From: a virus
Lineage: Duplodnaviria; Caudoviricetes
Virus record (IMG/VR): IMGVR_UViG_3300010052_000153
Coordinates: 18,928 to 82,927 of that record
Length of the DNA: 64,000 nt
Reading direction: 5' to 3' (one strand)
Shown: positions 54,887 to 62,984 of the stretch, in pieces
Numbering within the stretch: position 1 is the first letter of the stretch
Layout of the letters: every line of letters begins with the position of its first letter
Notes under the pieces: model-generated
Databases searched by the model: none
What the model saw: only the letters and a program-made list of their open reading frames with translations
Told to the model about the DNA's origin: nothing
Made by a program: the position numbers and the translations under genes

Positions 54887-55836
54887 AAGTCATCTTCGAT
54901 CTTGACGGCACCATCGCCAACATCGACCATCGGACGCACCACGTCCGCGACGGCCGGAACAATTGGGACTATTTCTTCGCCGAATGCGTCAACGATCGTG
55001 GCGTCAAGCACGTCATCGAAACTTTTCACGCACATGTCAGCGCTGGCCACAAAGTCCGCATCTGGTCGGCACGAAGCGACATCGTCCGCAAGCAGACGGA
55101 AGACTGGCTTTCGGACATGGGTATTGACCCATTCTATCTGCAGCACATGCGTGCCGCGGGAGACAATACGCCCGATGCCACGTTGAAGCGTTACTGGCTC
55201 AGCCAGGAGCAGACGCCACCTGACCTTGTGTACGACGACCGCCAGCGTGTCGTAGACATGTGGCGCGCGGAGGGCATTCCGTGTTTTCAGGTCGTCGCAA
55301 ATTGGGAAGGCGACCAAGGCAAAATCCTGCCACCCGTCTGTAGCCCGCTGCTGACGATTTTGATCGGCCCTGCGGGCGCCGGGAAGACGTCTTGGGTCGA
55401 CGACAACAACCTTCACACGCAGGTCGTTTCGTCGGATGCACTGCGATGGCTTTACACTGGAAATCGCGCCGACCAGTCACGCAACACTGACGTCTTTCTG
55501 GCGGCGCATCGTCTGACGAAGGCACGCCTCGACAGCGGGTTGCCTGTGACCTTCGACGCCACAAACTTGCGCCGTCGTGATCGCTTGGCCCTCGTCGCAT
55601 TGGCGCCAGCGGGCGCGGCGATACGGTACGTCGTGATAGACCGCCCGTTGGCCGAAAAGATGCGCGATGCCGGGTGGCGCCGCGATGTGAAGGTTGGCGA
55701 ACTTTCGCTAATCGAAGCTCACCACCGACGCATGCAATCCGTCCTCAAGGACGTTCTGCGCGGCGATGGCATCCCCAACGTTTCCGTTTTGGATCTGCGG
55801 AAGCAGGAAGCATCTGCGACGGACTTAGCTGCGTGA
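54883..55836 (+). CDS. Polynucleotide phosphatase-kinase (HAD + P-loop; PseT-like, reversed order)
   Basis: IFDLDGT...YDDR; GPAGAGKT...SSDALR...FDATN. Confidence 0.85.
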   Translation: MKVIFDLDGTIANIDHRTHHVRDGRNNWDYFFAECVNDRGVKHVIETFHAHVSAGHKVRIWSARSDIVRKQTEDWLSDMGIDPFYLQHMRAAGDNTPDATLKRYWLSQEQTPPDLVYDDRQRVVDMWRAEGIPCFQVVANWEGDQGKILPPVCSPLLTILIGPAGAGKTSWVDDNNLHTQVVSSDALRWLYTGNRADQSRNTDVFLAAHRLTKARLDSGLPVTFDATNLRRRDRLALVALAPAGAAIRYVVIDRPLAEKMRDAGWRRDVKVGELSLIEAHHRRMQSVLKDVLRGDGIPNVSVLDLRKQEASATDLAA

Positions 55837-56105
55837 GACACGGGTCAATCCGGGCAACGCTTAGGCGCAGTCAAGATGGCAAGTGCTGCTATTGCCGGAA
55901 GGCAATCAAGCTGTACCGCGGAACCATGCCGCCTGGTGGTTGGCCGCCCGATGCTGAAAGTCTTGAGCACCTAGTCCGCCGCACCGATGGCGGCAAGACG
56001 ACGTCGGATAACGTCCCGCTGGCTTGCAACCCCTGCAATTCAGACCGGGGCGCCATGGATTGGTTCACCTACGCATCCTACGTTCGAGGAGAGTTGTTCG
56101 AATGA
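55833..56105 (+). CDS. Small HNH endonuclease
   Basis: CCYC...EHLV...GG...N..LAC..CN. Confidence 0.75.
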   Translation: MRHGSIRATLRRSQDGKCCYCRKAIKLYRGTMPPGGWPPDAESLEHLVRRTDGGKTTSDNVPLACNPCNSDRGAMDWFTYASYVRGELFE

Positions 56106-57217
56106 CGCACTTCGTCATCAACAGCATCAATGACGTTCTGCCGCACATCGAAGGTCGCAGCGACTTCATCGTCGCGGACAAAGGAGCCTACAAGGTCGTC
56201 GACTATGTCTACGTCCTTCCTGATAGCTTCGCCCATCCGGCGCGCATCGAGTGTCGCGGCCTGAAGTTCGACTGTAGCGGCAGGCTGATAGCGCGACCGT
56301 TGCATAAGTTCCGCAACGTCGGTGAGACGCCGGAACTGCAACCGGACAGGCTCGATTTTACGCAACCTCACGTCGTGATGGATAAGTTGGATGGATCGAT
56401 GATCCATCCCGCGATCGTTGATGGTCGCGTGCGCTTCATGACGCGGATGGGTTGCACCGACGTCGCAGCGAAGGCCGAGCGGCACCTGTCGGGGGATGTA
56501 GAGGAGCATTGCCGTACGGCTCTACAACAAGGCTGCACGCCCATCTTCGAATGGACCGCACCGGACAACCGTATCGTTGTATCATATCCCGAGAGCAGCC
56601 TAACGCTTCTCGCGGCTCGTTGGAATTATACCGGCGAATATCTGGATCACGTCTGGCTTTCCGAATTTGCGGCCAGCATGCACGTTCCGTTCGTAACGTT
56701 GCACCCGTCGACGCACGCAACGGCAGCAGAATTCCTTTCATTCGCCCGCGCGATCAAAGGCGCGGAAGGCTTCGTCGTCAGGTTCGAGAACGGCATTTGG
56801 GTGAAGGCCAAGGCTGACGATTACGTCCTGAAGCACAGGGCAAAGGATTCGATCTTTCAAGAGAAGAACGTCCTGGCGCTGGTGCTGTCAGGCGGCCTTG
56901 ATGATGTCCTGCCGCTGCTTGACGACCCCGACGCTAAGGCAGCCCGCGAATACGCGGCGGAAGTCGAGGCCGGCCTGGCGGCACAGGGCGCCAGGCTGGC
57001 TGCCTTCGTGGCCGCTAACGACAGACTGACGCCGAAGGACTTCGCCACGCAGGCGGTGCCCACGCTTCCCTCCTACCTGCGCACGGCAGCCTTCTTGGCG
57101 CGGCGGGGAAGCGATCCTGTCGCAGTGCTTCGCGCGCACGTCGCCGCGAACACCAACTCCCAATCAAAAGTCGATGAATGCCGTGCAATCCACGGCGCAA
57201 CATGGAGACTGGCATGA
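56102..57217 (+). CDS. T4 Rnl1-like RNA ligase
   Basis: ECRGLKF...RPLHKFRN, motif I KLDGS, EGFVV, WVKAK. Confidence 0.85.
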   Translation: MTHFVINSINDVLPHIEGRSDFIVADKGAYKVVDYVYVLPDSFAHPARIECRGLKFDCSGRLIARPLHKFRNVGETPELQPDRLDFTQPHVVMDKLDGSMIHPAIVDGRVRFMTRMGCTDVAAKAERHLSGDVEEHCRTALQQGCTPIFEWTAPDNRIVVSYPESSLTLLAARWNYTGEYLDHVWLSEFAASMHVPFVTLHPSTHATAAEFLSFARAIKGAEGFVVRFENGIWVKAKADDYVLKHRAKDSIFQEKNVLALVLSGGLDDVLPLLDDPDAKAAREYAAEVEAGLAAQGARLAAFVAANDRLTPKDFATQAVPTLPSYLRTAAFLARRGSDPVAVLRAHVAANTNSQSKVDECRAIHGATWRLA

Positions 57218-57507
57218 CTGTTCATATCGTATCCGCGAAGCAGGCCGTGGCTGACGGCGTATCCGCGTCCGCGCTGTTTAGCATCGCCCGCCTCCAAGAA
57301 GGATTAGGCAACGGCGCCTTGGCAGCCGCAGCGAGAGTGGTGGGTCGCGAGGTGGCGGTATTGACTGGCGTTAGCCTTGATTGCGTCCGCACTCGACGGG
57401 CTGCGGCCCGCAACAGCAATCGACCGGTTCGGCCGCGCGACAATGGGAAGCGTGCGGAACCCGCGCGCTCTTACGGCAAGCCGCGGTCCGATCGGAGGGC
57501 CGCGTAG
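57214..57507 (+). CDS. Hypothetical protein
   Basis: ATGA-coupled, MTVHIVSAK. Confidence 0.45.
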   Translation: MTVHIVSAKQAVADGVSASALFSIARLQEGLGNGALAAAARVVGREVAVLTGVSLDCVRTRRAAARNSNRPVRPRDNGKRAEPARSYGKPRSDRRAA

Positions 57508-57902
57508 TGGCCATCAAGATCGAGGAAGGCAAGAGCTACGTCGACCGTAACGGCGACGTGTGGGGCGGGGCGCGTTCAATCAGCACTACTTCCCGCCTTT
57601 GGACGCTAGTCCGGCGGAAAGATCACCGGAGCGGGGCCTTTGCTGAGTCCGGTCGATTTTTAACGGGTGAGACATCGGGCTGCGACCTCATCTTTGAACT
57701 TCCTGAAACGGATGTCGTCACGCCGGGCGAGCAAGACATCGCCGAGCGTGCTCGCGCCATTCGCAACCGGCCAGGATCGGAAATCGGAGCTTTGGCGGCT
57801 AGGCGCATCGCCACGCGCGAGTGGCTCGTCGACGCGATAGGCGCCGCGAGGTCGGTCGATGACCTGAAGCCGGTGCTCCTGAAAATGTTGGAAAAGGACT
57901 GA
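57507..57902 (+). CDS. Hypothetical protein (IKIEEGKSYV family, copy 1)
   Basis: GTG start; N-terminus shared with the next gene. Confidence 0.55.
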   Translation: MAIKIEEGKSYVDRNGDVWGGARSISTTSRLWTLVRRKDHRSGAFAESGRFLTGETSGCDLIFELPETDVVTPGEQDIAERARAIRNRPGSEIGALAARRIATREWLVDAIGAARSVDDLKPVLLKMLEKD

Positions 57903-57906
57903 AGCG

Positions 57907-58290
57907 ATGTCGATCAAGATCGAGGAAGGCAAGAGCTACGTCGCGATAGATGGGGAGGTCTGGCGGAACGCCCGGTGGAGCCGGGAAGCGGGCTACTTCA
58001 CCCTTTGCGACAGTTGCGGCACCGAGTATTATTTCGACCAATTCGGCCGTTTCCGTAACGATGATCGAGCGTGTCGGCACGACCTCGTCGCCGAATATTC
58101 CGAGCCAGCCGGCCCGCACATCATCGTCGGCGCGTCCGACGCGGGGCTGGTCACGCACCCTGGCCCGTTCACTCACGACGAGGCAGTGGCCAAGGCCAAG
58201 GAGTTGGCCGAGGGCGCGCCTGGCTCCGAATTCCACATCTACCAGCGCGTCGGCGGGTTCGTCGGCAAGACGACCGTGGAGGCGCTGTGA
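57907..58290 (+). CDS. Hypothetical protein (IKIEEGKSYV family, copy 2)
   Basis: Paralogous N-terminus. Confidence 0.55.
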   Translation: MSIKIEEGKSYVAIDGEVWRNARWSREAGYFTLCDSCGTEYYFDQFGRFRNDDRACRHDLVAEYSEPAGPHIIVGASDAGLVTHPGPFTHDEAVAKAKELAEGAPGSEFHIYQRVGGFVGKTTVEAL

Positions 58291-58514
58291 TGTGGAAGCT
58301 ACCCGCCCTGGCGCTTTGCCTCGCAACTGCCGGCTGCGCTTGCGACCAGAAGTTCGCACCCGGTGACATCGTCCGGACGCGGCTGGGCGAGCAGATCTTG
58401 CTCGTCCTGCAGTCCTCAGAGGTCGAGAACTTTGAAGGCTACTGCCTCGTCACGGTCCGTGCCGAGGATGGCAGCCTGCACAATCGTGCGGTCGAAGAAT
58501 TGGAGGCGCTGTGA
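58290..58514 (+). CDS. Small putative lipoprotein
   Basis: MWKLPALALCLATAG-C lipobox-like. Confidence 0.45.
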   Translation: MWKLPALALCLATAGCACDQKFAPGDIVRTRLGEQILLVLQSSEVENFEGYCLVTVRAEDGSLHNRAVEELEAL

Positions 58515-59173
58515 TGGCCGGCATATCCCATGAAGCAATCCCTCCGAAGCTCGACAGCATAGAGCCGGAGGCGGGCGGGCTTCTGCCGTGTCCGTTCTGT
58601 GGTGGCGAGGCTAAGTATCGCGCCGATCACACAACTGAGCGCGTCGATACGGTCTCCTGCTTCCGATGCGACTTTCACATCTCCGACGATGGCGATGTCG
58701 GATCGTGCGTCGCCGCATGGAACCGCCGCGCCTCTCCCGCCCCGGTGGTAGCGCCTGCCGGCTACAGGCTGGTGCCGGATGCCGCAAGGCACGCAAAGAG
58801 CCTGCGCGAGGTCGCTGCGGTTTTGTCGACAGAGCGCATCCAAGGTTGGGCGAACCCGTTGGTCACACTCTTGACGGACGCGGCGGAGGCTATCGCGCCG
58901 CAACCCCTTCCTGCGAACGCTGGTCAATGGGTGCTCTCCGCCTCTCCCGCCCCGGTGGCAGTGCCTGCCGGGTGGAGGCTGGTGCCGGAAGAGCCGACGC
59001 TCGCCATGCGGCTCACCTACGATGAATTGAACAACGAGTTGGAGATATCGCACTTCGCCAATCTCAATCTAGTTTGGCCGAAGTTGCTCTCCGCCTCTCC
59101 CGTCCCATCCACTGCCACGCAGGCAGGGGCGGTGACGCGCGCGGGCAATGAGACGGACGGGGGCTCGGAATGA
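58514..59173 (+). CDS. Lar-like (restriction alleviation) domain protein, mosaic
   Basis: LLPCPFCGG...C..C...AAWNRR, then repeated ASPAPV..PAG.RLVP modules. Confidence 0.65.
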   Translation: MAGISHEAIPPKLDSIEPEAGGLLPCPFCGGEAKYRADHTTERVDTVSCFRCDFHISDDGDVGSCVAAWNRRASPAPVVAPAGYRLVPDAARHAKSLREVAAVLSTERIQGWANPLVTLLTDAAEAIAPQPLPANAGQWVLSASPAPVAVPAGWRLVPEEPTLAMRLTYDELNNELEISHFANLNLVWPKLLSASPVPSTATQAGAVTRAGNETDGGSE

Positions 59174-59694
59174 CAATGCGTTTCAGCCGTTGTTTCGCGA
59201 TGCCAAACAAGGCAACTTTCAGCATTAGGCCAATCGGCGATTTCGTCCGTGCGTACTTGGCATGCGGCGCCGTCAGCATCGATCCGTTCGCCCGCAACCG
59301 AAACTGGGCGACTTACACAAACGATATTGATCCTAACACCTCCGCAAAATCTCATGTCGATGCGGAAGTGTTTCTGAAAAAATTGGCAAACGACGGTGTC
59401 ATGGCGAACATTGGTCTGTTCGATCCGCCGTACTCTCCACGCCAGATTGCTGAGCATTACCGGGCCTCAGGCGTGGTGGCCTCATCAAAAGATACGCAAA
59501 ATGCCCGTTTGTACCGACGAGTCCGCGATGCGTTGGATTTGGTCATCCAGCCGGGCGGAGTGGTCCTGTCGTTCGGCTGGCAGTCGGTCGGAATGGGGCG
59601 CGGCTATGAACTGATCGAAACAATGCTCGTCGCTCATGGCGGCGGGCACAACGATACAATCTGTATTGCTGAGAAAAAGGTAAAGTCGAAATGA
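59170..59694 (+). CDS. Small adenine-methyltransferase-like protein
   Basis: IDPFA...FDPPYS...GGHNDTI. Confidence 0.7.
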   Translation: MTMRFSRCFAMPNKATFSIRPIGDFVRAYLACGAVSIDPFARNRNWATYTNDIDPNTSAKSHVDAEVFLKKLANDGVMANIGLFDPPYSPRQIAEHYRASGVVASSKDTQNARLYRRVRDALDLVIQPGGVVLSFGWQSVGMGRGYELIETMLVAHGGGHNDTICIAEKKVKSK

Positions 59695-60197
59695 CTCTCT
59701 GCCCAACCTGCGGCAACGCCCTCGCCTCATCCCCCGAACCCGCCCGCGACCGTGCAGAGCGTCGCGTTGCCGAACTGCAAGCCGCCGGCCTCCACACGCT
59801 TAGCGATATCGAACGAGCGCAGTCGAGCGGCGAGCGGGCGGGCAAGCCAAAAACCATCGGCGTCATCGCTCACATCGACCACAGCGAACATGCGCTGACG
59901 GCCGCCATTGCCGCCCTCTCCCGCCCACAGGCGGATGACGGGTGGCGGCCGACGCACCGGCACGTGAAGCGTGGCAGCGAATACATGCTGCTCGGCATCG
60001 GCAAGATGCAGACCCAAGGATGGTTGCAGGAGTTAGTTCTCAACGGTCACGTTGAGGCGCGGACATCTGTCGACATGCGCGAAGTCGCCATCTATCGAGG
60101 CTCGGACGGCTCGCTGTGGGCTCGGCCCATCGAAGACTTCAACGATGGCCGGTTCGAAGCCCTCCCCTCGGCTCCAGCAACGGGAGGCGGGGAATGA
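59691..60197 (+). CDS. DUF1653-like domain protein
   Basis: HRHVKRGSEY...IYRG..G.LWARP..DF.DGRF. Confidence 0.6.
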   Translation: MTLCPTCGNALASSPEPARDRAERRVAELQAAGLHTLSDIERAQSSGERAGKPKTIGVIAHIDHSEHALTAAIAALSRPQADDGWRPTHRHVKRGSEYMLLGIGKMQTQGWLQELVLNGHVEARTSVDMREVAIYRGSDGSLWARPIEDFNDGRFEALPSAPATGGGE

Positions 60198-60562
60198 GCG
60201 GCGCCGCCACCGTGGACCGGCTCGCGATTGCGTTGATCGCCCTGGCCAAACACAACATCCCGCCAGACGTGCAAGAACTCCTCGTCAGCGGCGATCCTTC
60301 ACGAGGTATTGCGCCCGGCGCTCTGGCGGGAGCTCTCCCGCCGAGGCTTGGCGATCCTAGCAAGGTCAACGCCAGTGACCGCTTCTACGGCGATCCTATC
60401 GTAAGGTTTCGAGCTATGGCTCAGGCGACCTATCCGTCTGAAACGATAGACGGCGCGCATTTTCGCATGTGGTGCGCCATCGCTGCAGACGAGATTGAGG
60501 CCGCGCGCCGCGCCTCCCTCACGAAGACCCGCCTTCGCGCCCTCCAGGACAAGGAGGGCTGA
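60194..60562 (+). CDS. Hypothetical protein
   Basis: ATGA-coupled 122 aa ORF. Confidence 0.4.
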   Translation: MSGAATVDRLAIALIALAKHNIPPDVQELLVSGDPSRGIAPGALAGALPPRLGDPSKVNASDRFYGDPIVRFRAMAQATYPSETIDGAHFRMWCAIAADEIEAARRASLTKTRLRALQDKEG

Positions 60563-60565
60563 GCG

Positions 60566-60679
60566 ATGGCTATGGGCGCCTATTACAACGAAATCGACCC
60601 AGCAGCCGCGCACATCCTGCGCGCGCAAATCGCCGCCGGCGTGATCGCGCCCGGAGACGTCGACACCCGTTCAATCAAG
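60566..60679 (+). pseudogene. Orphaned N-terminus of the cytosine methyltransferase
   Basis: AYYNEIDP.A...L..I..G.I..G.VD.RSIK, matching residues ~5-38 of the 61258 gene. Confidence 0.7.
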
Positions 60680-61223
60680 GCTTCAAGCCGAGTTCTGCTG
60701 GCGTGTAATTCATCCGGTCATGCAGCGCGTGGCACGTCGGACAGAGTATCCATACATCTTCCGGCCATCGGGAATTCTGCAAAGTTCGGCGAGCACCATT
60801 CCGCCGGGCGTCTGGCTTGTGGGCTACGTCGAGAACGCGGCTTTCACCGCAAGCCTCGCAGGCACGAGGTGCGTTTGGATTGGCTCGGTAGAGCCGGACG
60901 AATCCATTGTCAGGATATCGTTTTTCCTTGGTGCGGGCTCGATAGATCGCCTCTTGCTGAGGCCGGCGGCTGTGAAATTCACGAACTGATTTCGCGCTGC
61001 TCGCCTTGCGACACTCATCGGAACAGAGCCACTTGTTGTACTGGCCCGGCCCAATGGGGAACCACTCTCCGCACATTCGGCAATTGTGGCCGTTGTCTGC
61101 TTTACCAAATCCGATTGTCCGCTGATATCGGCCTTTGCAGCGCCGTGAACAGTACTTCCGATGTGAAGGGCTTCCGGGCAGTTCGATGCCACAAACAACG
61201 CACTTTGGCTGTAGGTTTTCCAT
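60675..61223 (-). CDS. HNH endonuclease with Zn-finger repeats (inverted insertion)
   Basis: CVVC, YCSRRC, CRMC, LCSDEC, CEACG...DVAHK...LCPTCHALHD. Confidence 0.8.
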   Translation of the reverse strand: MENLQPKCVVCGIELPGSPSHRKYCSRRCKGRYQRTIGFGKADNGHNCRMCGEWFPIGPGQYNKWLCSDECRKASSAKSVREFHSRRPQQEAIYRARTKEKRYPDNGFVRLYRANPNAPRACEACGESRVLDVAHKPDARRNGARRTLQNSRWPEDVWILCPTCHALHDRMNYTPAELGLKP

Positions 61224-61257
61224 GCCGAGAGTCTAATTATTCTCGGGAGAATAATCT

Positions 61258-62187
61258 ATGAAAAAGTGGGCGTACTACAATGACGTTGACCCGGCGGCGT
61301 GCGCCGTCACACGCGAACTAATCAAGCGCGGCGTCATCTGTGACGGTGAAGTCGATCAACGATCAATCAAAGAGGTTCAGCCCGAAGATGTCGCTCCATT
61401 TACCCAAGCTCACTTCTTCTGCGGAGGAAGTCTCTGGTCCGTCGCAGCCCGACTTGCCGGATGGCCAGATGACCGACCTCTTTGGACAGGAAGCTGCCCT
61501 TGCCAGCCGTTCAGCCAAGCCGGCAAGAGGCTCGGAGCCGATGATCCAAGGCATCTGTGGCCGGACTTTTATCGGCTCATCCGTGCCTCCCGGCCCCCTA
61601 TCGTCATGGGAGAGCAGGTTGCGGGAAAGGCTGGCCGCGCTTGGTTCAACGGAGTCCGCTCTAATATGGCGGGAAGCGGCTATGCCTCAAGGGCCGTCGA
61701 TATCCCGGCTTGCGCCGTCGACAGTCCACAGCAACGGAACCGCATCTATTGGCTCGCGCTGGCCAACAGCGCAGGCCAGAGACCATATGCCCCCGCACAC
61801 CCCGGAATACATTGCCGCGAAGAAAGCCCAGGGCCATGGGATGGCGAACTTGAACGACTATATGGCGCTGACAGCCAGATGGCCGACAGCGACAGTGGCG
61901 GACGTGACAGGCGGGAGGAAACATCGAAGTGGAGCACGGTCGAACGAACTACTGCTCAACGGCCTAATGGTTCTTGGTGGTCGGACGCAGAATGGACAAA
62001 ATGTCACGACGGCAAGCTCCGCCGCGCCAAACCCGGAATTCCCCTTTTGGTTGATGGGCTTCCCGGACGAGTGGATTTATGGCGCGTTGCAGGCAATGCA
62101 ATCTCTCCAGTACTAGCTTCTGAAGTAATCGCCGCCTTCATGGATGTCTACGGCCTGCCCGAGCTTGATCGGAGGGACGCCGCATGA
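61258..62187 (+). CDS. C5 cytosine DNA methyltransferase
   Basis: WTGSCPCQPFSQAG, GEQV, QRNRIYW, AGNAI. Confidence 0.88.
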   Translation: MKKWAYYNDVDPAACAVTRELIKRGVICDGEVDQRSIKEVQPEDVAPFTQAHFFCGGSLWSVAARLAGWPDDRPLWTGSCPCQPFSQAGKRLGADDPRHLWPDFYRLIRASRPPIVMGEQVAGKAGRAWFNGVRSNMAGSGYASRAVDIPACAVDSPQQRNRIYWLALANSAGQRPYAPAHPGIHCREESPGPWDGELERLYGADSQMADSDSGGRDRREETSKWSTVERTTAQRPNGSWWSDAEWTKCHDGKLRRAKPGIPLLVDGLPGRVDLWRVAGNAISPVLASEVIAAFMDVYGLPELDRRDAA

Positions 62188-62242
62188 CCCCCACCCCCGA
62201 CCGAGACGCACATGGCGAAGAGGCGCGGGAGGCACACAAGCC

Positions 62243-62602
62243 ATGAGGGTCGTCACCGAACCTGAGTTTCAAGCCCGCATGCGCGAGTGCATGGCTTCGG
62301 TTGACCTAACCGAAATCGGCTCCGTTACCGGGCCAGGTCGGTCGGGCGCGGTTGCGGCTGTCTATGCTTCCCACATCTTGGGCGTGCCGTTCGTACCATA
62401 TGGGTCTAAGGCGCCGGCTCTTGGCCGGATGCTGATCGTCGACACGGCGCGTGAAAGCGGACGAACCCTACGCAAGGCGGCACGTCGGTATGCCAACGAC
62501 AACCCGGTGGTGATCGTGGCCTTCGAAGAACCGCCGCGTGTCTCCTTTTGGTACGAGGCGCGAAAGCCTCAGCACTACAGATATGAGAGGATCGCAGCAT
62601 GA
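62243..62602 (+). CDS. Phosphoribosyltransferase-like small protein
   Basis: GPGRSGAVAA...MLIVDTARESGRTL resembles the PRPP-binding loop. Confidence 0.5.
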   Translation: MRVVTEPEFQARMRECMASVDLTEIGSVTGPGRSGAVAAVYASHILGVPFVPYGSKAPALGRMLIVDTARESGRTLRKAARRYANDNPVVIVAFEEPPRVSFWYEARKPQHYRYERIAA

Positions 62603-62630
62603 CCAAGTCTGGTCTCGACAGAGTGCGTCC

Positions 62631-62984
62631 ATGACGCCAGCTAACGACAATAGACCTCTCGACAAGGTCTACACCCTCGCCGAAGCTGCTGAAGCCCTTC
62701 GAATGACCACTCGAGGCATTATCAAAGTGGCCAAGCGACACGGTCTCTGCATGGTGAATGGTCGCCACATCACATTCACAACTTCACAATTGGCCGGAAT
62801 TCAGGAGGCTATGACTTGGGACTCAAGTTGCTCAAGCGCGGAAGGACGTATTACGTCCGCGGGACGGTTAGCAGTACCGGACAGGACGGAAAGCGGAAAA
62901 GCATCCGCGTCTTCAAAACTACGGGCACTGGCGATCGCACGCTCGCAGAGGCGATCCGGATCAAAACTGAAAAGCGCATCCTAG
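62631..62984 (+). CDS. Excisionase / HTH_17-like protein
   Basis: VYTLAEAAEALRMT; overlaps the integrase start. Confidence 0.7.
   Translation: MTPANDNRPLDKVYTLAEAAEALRMTTRGIIKVAKRHGLCMVNGRHITFTTSQLAGIQEAMTWDSSCSSAEGRITSAGRLAVPDRTESGKASASSKLRALAIARSQRRSGSKLKSAS

Noticed and set aside
60566-61261. 231-aa ORF as a real protein
   Set aside because: Only the first 38 aa are methylase-like; the rest is read-through across the antisense strand of the HNH gene.
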